From Parcubacteria group bacterium LiPW_15 (GTDB lineage: Bacteria > Patescibacteriota > Minisyncoccia > UBA6257 > 2-01-FULL-56-20), in the NCBI GenBank assembly GCA_007375645.1, contig VMER01000001.1, positions 209,211 through 273,210 on the forward strand: DNA of 64,000 bases, given 5' to 3'. Under the pieces are notes generated by a model, which ran no database searches, was not told the DNA's origin, and worked only from the letters and a program-made list of their open reading frames with translations. Made by a program: the position numbers and the translations under genes. The stretch's first letter is position 1; every line of letters starts with the position of its first letter. Of this stretch, positions 1-9,456 are shown piece by piece.

Positions 1-1
1 G

Positions 2-148
2 GCTTGCGCGATGGAGATCGAGGACGTTCTCTTCCAAGTCCTCCTTACCCGAATGAGAACGCACCTTGAGGACGGACTCGAAGTCTATGTCCAGATGCTC
101 TTCCAAGCGAAGGACGCGGACGAGTTCCTGAAGCATCTCACCAAGTAG
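2..148 (+). CDS. 3' part of a hypothetical protein (may start before the window)
   Basis: Open frame ...MEIEDVLFQVLLTRMRTHLEDGLEVYVQMLFQAKDADEFLKHLTK* with GC-rich codon usage; TAG at 146-148. Confidence 0.6.
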   Translation, partial: ACAMEIEDVLFQVLLTRMRTHLEDGLEVYVQMLFQAKDADEFLKHLTK

Positions 149-163
149 CAACGGAGGTTTGCA

Positions 164-517
164 ATGAATCGACGTCGAAAAGTTCACGGACTCACGCTCA
201 TTGAGGTTCTGGTCATCATCTGCATCTTGGGCATCATCGCCGCACTCGCTTCCGACGTCTTCCTGGAAGAAGGCTCAGGACAGGCAGTCGGCAGGATCGT
301 CTCAGTTCAGACGACGACCTCCGGCGAATACAGGATAACCCTTGCAAGCGGTAGCACGGCAGGGTTCAACTGGTCCCGAGACCTCCACACCAAGAACCGT
401 GCGCTGGCTGAGGAAGCAAAGTCCTACATGCTCCAACAGAAAATCGTTCTCGTGGAGTTCAAGCAAACAGCCCTACCCATCTGTCGCATCACAAACCTGA
501 AACTGCTCAAGGAGTAA
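164..517 (+). CDS. Prepilin-type N-terminal cleavage/methylation domain protein (type IV pilin-like)
   Basis: Basic leader then G|LTLIEVLVIICILGIIAA class III signal; GGAGG SD upstream. Confidence 0.8.
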   Translation: MNRRRKVHGLTLIEVLVIICILGIIAALASDVFLEEGSGQAVGRIVSVQTTTSGEYRITLASGSTAGFNWSRDLHTKNRALAEEAKSYMLQQKIVLVEFKQTALPICRITNLKLLKE

Positions 518-545
518 CGAGGGTATCAACCCCAGACGAAACTCG

Positions 546-578
546 AAGCCCCGGCGCAAGCCAGGGCTTTTATATTTT
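546..578 (+). terminator. Intrinsic terminator
   Basis: aagcccc-ggc gcaa gcc-agggctttt hairpin plus T-rich tail. Confidence 0.7.
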
Positions 579-605
579 ATTTCGATCAATCTAAAACTTT
601 TGAAA

Positions 606-2003
606 CTACTTTCTTGCCTCTTCGCGAAGAAGATCAATAAGCTTATCGGTCCTGACTCTTACCTGTTCCGCAGTGTCCCGGCTTCGAACCGTTACGGTTT
701 CGTCTTCAAGCGTTTGGAAATCGATAGTAATGCCGTAAGGGGTTCCTATCTCATCCTGCGAATAATAGCGCTTACCCACGTTTCCCCTATCGTCCCAGGC
801 GATCATAAATTCTTTTCTCAGTTCGTCATAAACTTCTTTGGCTTTTTCCACCAACTCAGGCTTGTTCTTTAAAAGCGGGAAAACCGCGGCTTTGTATGGA
901 GCGAGGTTGAACGGCAACTTTAAAACAGTGCGCTCTCCGTCTTCGTGGTAGGCCTCGCAAAGCACGGCCAAAAAAGTGCGGGTCAAGCCGAAGGAAGGCT
1001 CGATGCAGTGCGGAATGAATTTATTGCCCTCATCGTCGGTGTAATAAAGATCAGCGCCGGAATATTCGATGTGCTGTTTCAAGTCATAATCGGTACGATA
1101 GGCAAAGCCGTGAAGCTCGCCCCAGCCGAGGGACGGAAAATCGTATTCCACGTCATAAGTGTCTTTGGAGTAGAACGAACGCTCATTCTCGTCGTGGCGG
1201 CGCCACCGCATATTCTTATCGCTAAGCCCCAAGTCTTCGGCAAAGAATCTTTTTATCTCCGTCTGCCATTCCTCAAAGGGACGCTTCCAATCCTCTTCGT
1301 GTTTCGGAGGCGCGATGAAATATTCTATTTCCATCTGCTCGAATTCGCGGGTCCTGAAAATAAAATTTCCGGGAGTTATCTCATTCCTAAAAGCCTTGCC
1401 TACTTGGGCGATACCGAACGGCAGTTTCTTACGGCTCGTTTGGAGGACATTCTTAAAGTTTATGAAAATACCCTGAGCCGTCTCCCCTCTTAGATATGCC
1501 TTGGTTTTGGATTCATCCGTAGTTCCCACATAGGTTTCGAAAAGCAGGTTGAATTTCTTGGCTTCCGTCCAATCCGCTCCTCCGCAATTCGGACATTTTA
1601 TTTTCAAATCGTTAAGCTTGTTGCCGATATCTTCGAACTTTATCGCCGCAACCTCATTCACACCCAATTTTTCTTCCAAAAGTTTATCGCCCCGGTGACG
1701 GGTCTTACACTTTTTACAGTCGACCAAAGGATCGCTGAAATTGGAGACATGCCCAGAGGCTTCCCAAACCTTCGGGTTGGTGATAATCGCGGAATCCAGG
1801 CCCACTACATCGTCTCTCCGGTGCACAAAATTTTTCCACCAGACCTGGGCAATATTATTTTTGAGCTCGATACCCATCGGGCCGTAATCCCAGGAATTGG
1901 CGAAGCCGCCGTAAATTTCCGAACCCGGGAACACAAAACCGCGGCGCTTCGCCAAGCTTACTATCTTCTCCATTGATTCCGAACTGTTATTTGTATCGCT
2001 CAT
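606..2003 (-). CDS. glyQS: Glycine--tRNA ligase (homodimeric type)
   Basis: KRRGFVFPGSEIYGG, LRGETAQGIF, FRNEITPGNFIFRTREFEQME motifs; C-terminal anticodon-binding domain. Confidence 0.97.
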   Translation of the reverse strand: MSDTNNSSESMEKIVSLAKRRGFVFPGSEIYGGFANSWDYGPMGIELKNNIAQVWWKNFVHRRDDVVGLDSAIITNPKVWEASGHVSNFSDPLVDCKKCKTRHRGDKLLEEKLGVNEVAAIKFEDIGNKLNDLKIKCPNCGGADWTEAKKFNLLFETYVGTTDESKTKAYLRGETAQGIFINFKNVLQTSRKKLPFGIAQVGKAFRNEITPGNFIFRTREFEQMEIEYFIAPPKHEEDWKRPFEEWQTEIKRFFAEDLGLSDKNMRWRRHDENERSFYSKDTYDVEYDFPSLGWGELHGFAYRTDYDLKQHIEYSGADLYYTDDEGNKFIPHCIEPSFGLTRTFLAVLCEAYHEDGERTVLKLPFNLAPYKAAVFPLLKNKPELVEKAKEVYDELRKEFMIAWDDRGNVGKRYYSQDEIGTPYGITIDFQTLEDETVTVRSRDTAEQVRVRTDKLIDLLREEARK

Positions 2004-2015
2004 ATTTTTTGTGGT

Positions 2016-3743
2016 TTACGGACGAACGTTACGATCGAGATTCGAAGGTATCTTCGGATCTTCTTTCAAGAAAGTCGTTATCTGGTCGGAAGCGGCCGAG
2101 ATGCCCCTGTCAACGAATACATCCTTGGCGGAAAGCTCCGTCGCGCCGAGCAAGACCACTTCTTTGCCCACCTGGAGATTGGATGGAGTATATTCTATCT
2201 GAAACACCGCCTCAAATGCCGGAGTCACAATTCCCTTGGTGGCCGGAACACTACCCAAATTCCAGGTTATAACGCCGCTTTGCGCGTCATAGGTCGGCTT
2301 GGTATCCGCGTTGCTTTTTACCTGGCCCGTGAAATTCACGCCCGGGATAACCGTGGCTTTGATAACCGTGTCGGCTATATCCGTAGTGTAGTTGGTTACC
2401 TTCCAATGAACCGTGTATTGGGTCTTTTGATTGGCTTTAGGCGGATATGGGCCCTTATTCAAAATGCCGGAAGCTGAATCATAAAAATATCCGGTTGCCT
2501 TCACATCCGTTTGGCCCGCAAGCTTGGTCTCGGTTTTGGAAATGGTGACTGTTTTCTGCGCGGCGACTCCCGGAGGAACCGTCGGAGATTCGAGGGAAAG
2601 ATTGAGCTTCACCGAAAAATTCTTGTCGCCCAACCGGCGGATAGTGAAGGCATTTTTGAGCCTTACGCGGAATGAGATAGAACGCTCTTCGCCGGGATTC
2701 AAAACCGCCAGGTCTCCGACATTCTGCTGGGTCCAGGTAAGGACGTTGGTTATGGAATTGAAAACAGCGCTCGCACTAAGCGTGGAAAAATCATACATCT
2801 CTCCCACCATTCCGGCGGTAAGTTTAAGATTGGAAAGCGGAACCGGAGAATTGTTTTTATACTTCATCTCATAATTGATCTCATCACCGGCACGGGCCAC
2901 ATAGGAATTTGGGTCGGAACCATTGACCAAAACGGACAGCGAAAGCGGAGACGGCGAAATCGCGATATCCGCAGTCTGATTGTCCATCGCGTAGGTCTGG
3001 CCCATATAGTCGGAAGAGGCGGAGGCGGCGAACTGATAACGCGCCAGATCCGCGCCAACGATGTTTCCGTTTACGGTTACACTGTCGGTCTGGCCTTTAG
3101 CGAGCATTGGGAAGATCCACTCCTGATTATTTTTCCGCGCCTCTTCCTTATCCGATTTAACAAAATTGAAAACCGGCGGATAACTCAGTTTAAGCGTGAT
3201 GCTTTTCACGTCTTCGCCGGTGTTGTTCTGCAGTTTTACCTGAGTATCAAAATTTTCGCCGCTATTGATGCTTTGAGGAACGACAACCGTTAAAGATACG
3301 GCCGGAAGGCCCAGGCCCAGATCGAAAGTTTTGGTCGCTTCAAACTGCACATCCGGATTATTCGCGAGATTATATCGCAGTTTTGCCGTCACTTCTTTGA
3401 AACTCTGCGCGCCGCTTAAGGCCACAAGATTTAAGGTTTCCGGAGTAACGCTTCCCGGGCCTACATCTCCGATAGGTTTTTCAAAAACTCTTTGGTCGGC
3501 AGGCTTGCCCAAAAAAGCTATTTCCGGCGGCAAAACAACCAGGAACTTGGCATTTTTTAGAACCTGGTCAGAGGAGTTGGCATAGGAGATCGAAAGCGCG
3601 AACGGCTTGCCGATAAAGACGTCTCCCGGCTTCGCGAAATCAAGACTCACGTTCGGAGCCTTGGGTTCCAAAAAATAATAGATCGCGTAACCAACCGCTC
3701 CCAGCAAAACTAAAACTAATAATGTAATACCAAATTTGCGCAT
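2016..3743 (-). CDS. Membrane-anchored multi-Ig-like (DUF11-like) surface protein
   Basis: N-terminal TM helix; repeated beta-rich modules (GDEINYEMKYKNNS, W..G.L.PGE). Confidence 0.7.
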   Translation of the reverse strand: MRKFGITLLVLVLLGAVGYAIYYFLEPKAPNVSLDFAKPGDVFIGKPFALSISYANSSDQVLKNAKFLVVLPPEIAFLGKPADQRVFEKPIGDVGPGSVTPETLNLVALSGAQSFKEVTAKLRYNLANNPDVQFEATKTFDLGLGLPAVSLTVVVPQSINSGENFDTQVKLQNNTGEDVKSITLKLSYPPVFNFVKSDKEEARKNNQEWIFPMLAKGQTDSVTVNGNIVGADLARYQFAASASSDYMGQTYAMDNQTADIAISPSPLSLSVLVNGSDPNSYVARAGDEINYEMKYKNNSPVPLSNLKLTAGMVGEMYDFSTLSASAVFNSITNVLTWTQQNVGDLAVLNPGEERSISFRVRLKNAFTIRRLGDKNFSVKLNLSLESPTVPPGVAAQKTVTISKTETKLAGQTDVKATGYFYDSASGILNKGPYPPKANQKTQYTVHWKVTNYTTDIADTVIKATVIPGVNFTGQVKSNADTKPTYDAQSGVITWNLGSVPATKGIVTPAFEAVFQIEYTPSNLQVGKEVVLLGATELSAKDVFVDRGISAASDQITTFLKEDPKIPSNLDRNVRP

Positions 3744-3864
3744 CCCGATTAGAAGCTAGTCGCAATTGCTCACGACTTTGCCGAAATTATAATTAATCAT
3801 GTCGACTATTATAGATTATTTTAGCATTTGGATGATCTAAAAGCGATTGCTGCTTCTAACGGGA
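3743..3864. repeat. MITE-like element with TCCCG(T/A)TAGAAGC-type terminal inverted repeats
   Basis: tcccgattagaagc at 3743 and gcttctaacggga ending at 3864; fills the whole intergenic gap. Confidence 0.6.
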
Positions 3865-3865
3865 C

Positions 3866-4357
3866 TCAGGCCAATTCAATTTTTTCTCCGCGGCTTCGGG
3901 CAGCGCAGGGACCGCAAAAAAAGTTCTGGCTTGCGATATGGAACGCGAAAACATTTCCCCGACCGCAATGTTCGCAAGAAGCATGTTCCGGATCCCAGCC
4001 CAAGATCGCCAATATCTTTCGCCAATCTTTAACGCCCGCGAGAAGCGTGGTCCAAAGATATTCGTCCGGTTCGCCTTCCGCCAAAACTCTTCCCAAAAGA
4101 TAGAAAAAATCCGGAGGTCCGGAGAGCTTTCCCCGTTTTAAAGCGTCCACCACCTGGAGACTTCCCTTCTCTATCATCCGGACGCGAATAAAATTACCCG
4201 GCTCAAGATGCGGAGAAAGTTTGGAGGTTATCTTCCTGGAGCTTTTTACTTTTGCCGAAAATTTTCCGAGGCTTCGCGTAAAAACCGCGACCCGCTCGTC
4301 GAGTTCGCCCTGGGGTTCTTTTTCTAAAACTATCGCTTCGCTTACATACTCATTCAT
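3866..4357 (-). CDS. recO: DNA repair protein RecO (short form)
   Basis: EAIVLEKEPQGELDERVAVFT..GK N-terminal OB fold; C-terminal CEHC...CGPC Zn motif. Confidence 0.85.
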   Translation of the reverse strand: MNEYVSEAIVLEKEPQGELDERVAVFTRSLGKFSAKVKSSRKITSKLSPHLEPGNFIRVRMIEKGSLQVVDALKRGKLSGPPDFFYLLGRVLAEGEPDEYLWTTLLAGVKDWRKILAILGWDPEHASCEHCGRGNVFAFHIASQNFFCGPCAARSRGEKIELA

Positions 4358-4532
4358 ATTTGAATCGGTCCCATTACCTATAATTCTACCAGTTTTTGTG
4401 AGATTTAAGTATGAAAAAGGGCCCCAACCGGAGTTGGGACCCTGAGAAACCGAACCGAAGACAGTGAATGGGAATTACGCGCGGGGCAACCCGGAGTCGT
4501 AGTTCGGATCCGTGAGGAACTCCGCGATGCCT

Positions 4533-5027
4533 TCATCGCTGTCGAGGCGCACGACCCCGCATGCCCATGCCGGGTACGGCGTCTTCCTTGGAATGCTGGG
4601 GGTGCCGCTGTCCGCAGTCGATGCAGACAGGATCCATGAAGTAGACCTTCCAGCCCACGCCGATGGCGAGCTGGCCCAGTCCTCTGACCTTGAACACCGC
4701 GCGCATCTCGGTCAGGAGGAAGGCGTCCACGTCCTTGATCTTTTCGGCCAGGTCGGCAGCCTGGGCCACCCTCTCCTTGTCCGCCGGAGAAAGACCCCCG
4801 AGCAACCTGGAGACCATCTCCATCGTCGTGAGCTTGGACCCCTTCTCCTTGAGCTCAGCGTCCCAACGGTGACGCAGAGCCACGAGCTTCCGAAGGTTCT
4901 CCGGAAGGATGCCGAAGAAGTCGAGCTTCTGGTCCGGGATCGAGAGGCTCCGTTCCGCGGCGGCGATCTCCTCGAGGGTGACGGTCTCGGCCTCCGCGCC
5001 GAGAATGGTCGTGTACTTGAAGTCCAT
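4533..5027 (-). CDS. Hypothetical protein, GWK-motif paralog 1 (C-terminus possibly frameshifted)
   Basis: TTGACA/TATAAT promoter at 5106-5079; terminator at 4414-4443; shares motifs with the two neighbouring ORFs. Confidence 0.75.
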   Translation of the reverse strand: MDFKYTTILGAEAETVTLEEIAAAERSLSIPDQKLDFFGILPENLRKLVALRHRWDAELKEKGSKLTTMEMVSRLLGGLSPADKERVAQAADLAEKIKDVDAFLLTEMRAVFKVRGLGQLAIGVGWKVYFMDPVCIDCGQRHPQHSKEDAVPGMGMRGRAPRQR

Positions 5028-5167
5028 CTGAACTTCCTACCTTTCTGCCCATTCTTGGGCGGTCGACGAACTGTGCGTATTATATTTAAATATACTTTTT
5101 TGTCAATAGATTATGAAAAGCGGCCCCCGTAGGGGGCCGCGTTGGCGGAAAGGAATGTGTTCGAAAC

Positions 5168-5584
5168 TCAGTTCACGGGGAGGGACTCGACCCAGCCGAG
5201 CTTCCACCCGGCTCGAAGGTCGACCGAGGACATTCCCCAAAGGATGGGGAATTCGTCCTTGGCCTGCCGGTCGAAGAACTTCTGGGCGAGTTCGTAAGAG
5301 CTCTCCACGCGAAGGTTCTTAAGGAAGAGTTCCCTGGGAATCTCTTCCCCGGCGTGAGCATCCATGAACTCGTCGGCATTCACATTGAGCATCACCAACT
5401 CTTGCTTGAGGTCAGCGATGACGCAGCGAAGCCGGATGAGAAGTTCGCTCGCCAGACCGACGGGATGGAAGATGCCTTCCTGATCTTCCGTCCGAGGATT
5501 GAGCTCGGCGGCACATTTGCTGATTTTGTCCGGCGAAACCGTGACGCAACGGAGCCAAAGCTCCTTGCCGAACGACAGTTCCAT
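5168..5584 (-). CDS. Hypothetical protein, GWK-motif paralog 2
   Basis: AGGAG SD before MELSF; promoter at 5681-5654; terminator at 5116-5140. Confidence 0.75.
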   Translation of the reverse strand: MELSFGKELWLRCVTVSPDKISKCAAELNPRTEDQEGIFHPVGLASELLIRLRCVIADLKQELVMLNVNADEFMDAHAGEEIPRELFLKNLRVESSYELAQKFFDRQAKDEFPILWGMSSVDLRAGWKLGWVESLPVN

Positions 5585-5726
5585 CTTCTCTTCTCCTTCT
5601 GCCCGCTTGGGGCAACTCTCTCTCAAAGAGCCGATTGCTATGTAACGACTATAAGTATACGGATTTATTTGATTTTGTCAACCATAATTTAAAAGGCCTC
5701 CGGTTTCCCGAAGGCCTGCGAAACGG

Positions 5727-6152
5727 CTACATCAGCTTATCGTTCTTTTGACTTGCCAAGCCGAAAAGCGCCTGGATCCCGATGGATGTCTGTTCGTTTT
5801 GTGCTTTAGCGCGGACTATCTTCCACCCGCTACGAAGGATGACTTCGTTGATTCCGGCTTCCCAGAATCTCAGTCGTTCCGTAATACGGAAGTCCATCTC
5901 TATCCTGATGATTCCCGCGCGGAAACGACAGAATGTCGCTTCAATATTGTCACCCCGTTTCTCGGCCTCGTCCCCCTCAAGGATGTAGTATGCCCACAGG
6001 TGGAAAAATCGTTTCTCGCCCTCAGTCATATCTCCGATTGGCTCTTCGTCCAAGCCAATCGGAGTATCTACTTCCACGTGGAGTTCGCCCAGATCTTTAC
6101 CAGCGAGTTCGTCATACATTCCGCCATCCAACCAGGACTCTGGCTCGTCCAT
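5727..6152 (-). CDS. Hypothetical protein, GWK-motif paralog 3
   Basis: GGGAGG SD; terminator at 5691-5718; LRSGWKIV motif. Confidence 0.75.
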   Translation of the reverse strand: MDEPESWLDGGMYDELAGKDLGELHVEVDTPIGLDEEPIGDMTEGEKRFFHLWAYYILEGDEAEKRGDNIEATFCRFRAGIIRIEMDFRITERLRFWEAGINEVILRSGWKIVRAKAQNEQTSIGIQALFGLASQKNDKLM

Positions 6153-6255
6153 AGTCTTGCCTCCCTATCGAGCTAGATTCAGTTTTAAATAAAACCGTCG
6201 GGAAATGCAAACTTCCTTGATAAAAACGCGTTTCTTGCTTATTATATTGAAGTTC

Positions 6256-6339
6256 GCACAGGTGGTAGAGCGGTCAAATACAAGAGACTGTAAATCTCTC
6301 GCCCATGTGGCTACGCAGGTTCGAATCCTGCCCTGTGCA
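6256..6339 (+). tRNA. tRNA-Tyr (GTA)
   Basis: Acceptor stem gcacagg/cctgtgc; anticodon arm agaga-ctGTAaa-tctct; long variable arm; T loop gttcgaatc. Confidence 0.95.
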
Positions 6340-6494
6340 CAATATAAAGATTTTGCCCTTACGGTGGTGTCTCGTTGTGACATCGACAAACGTGTTCGAA
6401 TCTCCCGAGATTACTCGGGATTACGCATCTCTACGTCGCTACGCTTCAAGAGCTGCGAGAACTGCCCTGTGCACCAATACAAAAACCGCCCGAT

Positions 6495-6854
6495 TTAAAT
6501 CGAGGCGGTTTCGTTTTCTTCTTGGGGCTTCTCCCCTGTTATTTCTTTGAAGTCGGGTTTTGGTTTTCCGTTCCCCTCTTTTTTGGCAAAATTTTGAAGG
6601 CGATTCGTTACCGAGTTGTCTACCCGCATTATCACGACTTTCGCGCGGCGCAAGAACTTCGCAAAAAACGCGTTCAAGACGGCATCCACTTTCTCCGGCA
6701 CGCCGGAAGTTACCCACTTCTCGAGCGGACTCTGTTTTATCTCCTCTGCCGGAGTCTCAATCCGAGGCAAAACCCGGGCCACCATAAAAAGAATGGCGGC
6801 GAGAGAAATGAGAAAGATATTGGTGATGATGAAAGTAAACATGATGCTTACCAC
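6495..6854 (-). CDS. Hypothetical single-TM membrane protein
   Basis: Hydrophobic N-terminus; directly downstream of tsf. Confidence 0.7.
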   Translation of the reverse strand: MVSIMFTFIITNIFLISLAAILFMVARVLPRIETPAEEIKQSPLEKWVTSGVPEKVDAVLNAFFAKFLRRAKVVIMRVDNSVTNRLQNFAKKEGNGKPKPDFKEITGEKPQEENETASI

Positions 6855-6867
6855 TATCGCAATCCAA

Positions 6868-7308
6868 TTATAACTCTATCCTAGAAAAAGTGCGCACCTT
6901 AACATTCTCGCCGACTTTGGCGATAACCTCATTCACAATGTCTTTAACGGTTTTGCTTTCGTCTTTGATATAGGGCTGGGCCAAAAGCGCTTCAACATTT
7001 TCCGGCGCTGCGGCCGCTATCTGCATGGCAATTTCCCGAATCGCTTCTTTGAACGGATCGGAGTGGACAACAAAATCGGTCTCCGCGCGCATATCTACCA
7101 ATACGCCAATGCGATCGTTGTGAACATAAGAGAAGATCATTCCGGCTCCGGCCTCGCGGTCGGCCCTCTTTTCAACCTTAGAAAGGCCCCTTTCGCCGAT
7201 AAGCGCCACAGCCGCGTCAAAATCTCCCTTGGCGTCCGTGAGGGCTCTTTTGCAATCCATTACTCCGGCTCCGGTCTTTTCTCTTAATCTAACAATACTG
7301 TCGTCCAT
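6868..7308 (-). CDS. tsf: Elongation factor Ts (short form)
   Basis: LREKTGAGVMDCKRAL and ETDFV motifs; follows rpsB. Confidence 0.95.
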   Translation of the reverse strand: MDDSIVRLREKTGAGVMDCKRALTDAKGDFDAAVALIGERGLSKVEKRADREAGAGMIFSYVHNDRIGVLVDMRAETDFVVHSDPFKEAIREIAMQIAAAAPENVEALLAQPYIKDESKTVKDIVNEVIAKVGENVKVRTFSRIEL

Positions 7309-7387
7309 TGGTTTTAAGATTATCGATTAATATTTGTCGACGCAAACGAACAGAAATATTCTAACAAAAAATGCGGATGGAAAAAAG

Positions 7388-8146
7388 TTACGCAGTCGGG
7401 ATTTCCTTCTTTACCGCGAGCGCGGCAGCCTCTTTCTGTCCGGAGTGAATGGCTTCCTTAATTTTCGCGAGGAACCAATTGATGCTCAAGCGGGACTTGG
7501 TGTTGCCCGGAACGAAATAATCCACATCATCCGGGTTGGTGTCGGTGTTCACATACGCGACTATCGGGATGTTCAACTTTCTCGCTTCGCGGATCGCGGC
7601 TTTGTGGGAATTCGGATCAATGACCACGAGAACTTCCGGACGGGTGGTCATATTTTCCATTCCGCTCATAAGTTCATCCATCTTCTCCAAGTCTTTCCTG
7701 ATACCGAGCTGTTCTTTCTTGGTGTACTTTTCAAAAGCACCCGCGGCGTTATCGGCTTTCAACTTTTTATAGTATTCAAGGCGCTTGCTGATAACTTTAT
7801 AGTTGGTGAGCGTTCCGCCAAGCCAACGCACGGAAACCGCCGGATAGCCGAAAGCTTTTTGAATATCGGTCACGGCTTCAAGCGCGGCAGGCTGAGTACC
7901 GACGAAAAGCATCGAGGTTCTGGCCGCGGCTTTGGCTTTTACGAAATCCATAACTTCGTCGAGTTTTTCCAAAATCTTTCCCATATGGATTATTTCCACG
8001 TTGTTTCTGGTCGTCAAAATAAAAGGACGCATCCTGGGATACGTTTTAGTCTTGGTGCGACCGACAAAAACTCCGGCCTCCACCATCGCGTTGGTTTCCG
8101 GGTCGTCTATGGTTTCTACTGGCGCTACAATCGGTTCGTCTGCCAT
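7388..8146 (-). CDS. rpsB: 30S ribosomal protein S2
   Basis: RWLGGTLTN, AIREARKLNIP, NTDTNPD motifs. Confidence 0.95.
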   Translation of the reverse strand: MADEPIVAPVETIDDPETNAMVEAGVFVGRTKTKTYPRMRPFILTTRNNVEIIHMGKILEKLDEVMDFVKAKAAARTSMLFVGTQPAALEAVTDIQKAFGYPAVSVRWLGGTLTNYKVISKRLEYYKKLKADNAAGAFEKYTKKEQLGIRKDLEKMDELMSGMENMTTRPEVLVVIDPNSHKAAIREARKLNIPIVAYVNTDTNPDDVDYFVPGNTKSRLSINWFLAKIKEAIHSGQKEAAALAVKKEIPTA

Positions 8147-8280
8147 TATTTATTTTTTATTTTGTTTATCTTGGTTCGCTTTAAAGCCGGAATATTATTA
8201 TGAGCCTTTTGGCCCAATCACGGCCGAAGCAACGTAGGAAAAGTATAGGTGAAATGGCCTTGAATGTCAATTATTTGCCT

Positions 8281-9375
8281 TTATTCAATCACCCCTCCGC
8301 CGAGCATTATGTCATTTTTCACACCCTCCTTCGCTGAAGCTTCGGAGGGCAAGTAAATGACCGCGGATTGGCCGGGGGCCACGAACTTCTGAGATTTTTT
8401 AAAATCCAATCTCCATCCTCCTTTTTCCTTGACCAAAACAGCCGGGAATAAAGGCTGGCGATAGCGAACACGGGCGGATACTTCAAGAGGATAGTGAATA
8501 GTAGATGGCGAATAGTTGAAATTTACGTCGGTAAGATAAACGGATTTTTCATAAAGAGCAGGATTATCGCTACCCTCCGCGACTACCAGAATATTTTTCT
8601 TCACATCTTTTTTGGCTACATAAAGAGGAACATGGTTTTTTTGGCCCTTCTCATGCTTTAAGTTTCCCACTCCGCCACGCTGGCCGATAGTATAAAAATG
8701 AGCACCAAAATGTTCCCCCACCTTTTCTCCCTTCAAGTTCAAAACCGCGCCTTTTTTCTCCGGAAGATAACTCTTCAGAAAATCTTTAATGGAGACCATG
8801 CCTAAAAAGCATATTCCTTGCGAGTCTTTTTTCTCCGCCGTGGATATTCCGGCTTTTTTGGCGATTTTTCTCACCTCCGGCTTCAGATAATCCCCTATCG
8901 GGAAAAGGGATTTCTCTATCTGCTTCGCGGTCAGAGTCCACAAAAAATAGCTTTGGTCCTTATTCTTGTCCGCGGCGATAGCCAAAGAATTATTTTTCTT
9001 TTTAACGTAATGTCCGGTAGCCACAAAATCGGCCCCGAGCCTCATCGCCCTATCGAAAAATATTCCGAATTTTATCTCCCGGTTGCACATCACATCCGGA
9101 TTCGGGGTAAGGCCTTTCTTATATCCGGCGACCATATAATCCACCACATGTCTTTTATATTCTTTTTCAAAATCCCAAGTGTAAAACGGGATGCTTAAAT
9201 GTTCCGCCACTCGGCGCGCGTCTTCCGCGTCTCGGTCTTGGCAGTTATCTATGTTATAGCCGCGAATAAAAACACCGACTACATCGTAGCCTTGTTTCTT
9301 AAGTAAATACGCGGCAACGGAGCTATCCACTCCCCCCGACATACCGACAAAAACTTTTTTCTTGGCCTTTTTCAT
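8281..9375 (-). CDS. mnmA: tRNA 2-thiouridylase MnmA
   Basis: SGGVDS, TPNPDVMCN, ATGHY, KDQSYFL, PGQ motifs. Confidence 0.97.
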   Translation of the reverse strand: MKKAKKKVFVGMSGGVDSSVAAYLLKKQGYDVVGVFIRGYNIDNCQDRDAEDARRVAEHLSIPFYTWDFEKEYKRHVVDYMVAGYKKGLTPNPDVMCNREIKFGIFFDRAMRLGADFVATGHYVKKKNNSLAIAADKNKDQSYFLWTLTAKQIEKSLFPIGDYLKPEVRKIAKKAGISTAEKKDSQGICFLGMVSIKDFLKSYLPEKKGAVLNLKGEKVGEHFGAHFYTIGQRGGVGNLKHEKGQKNHVPLYVAKKDVKKNILVVAEGSDNPALYEKSVYLTDVNFNYSPSTIHYPLEVSARVRYRQPLFPAVLVKEKGGWRLDFKKSQKFVAPGQSAVIYLPSEASAKEGVKNDIMLGGGVIE

Positions 9376-9456
9376 TGCCGCAGGATTATACGATAATTTT
9401 ACAAAATTGAAAAGAAAAGGAGCCCCCGAAGGGGCTCCGAAAAGAACCTGGAAACG

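Noticed and set aside
6165-6550. Short ORFs overlapping tRNA-Tyr
   Set aside because: Spurious frames across the tRNA and its downstream scar
7363-7378. 16-bp match AACAAAAAATGCGGAT with 26138-26153
   Set aside because: A-rich and only two copies; no shared structure to support a function
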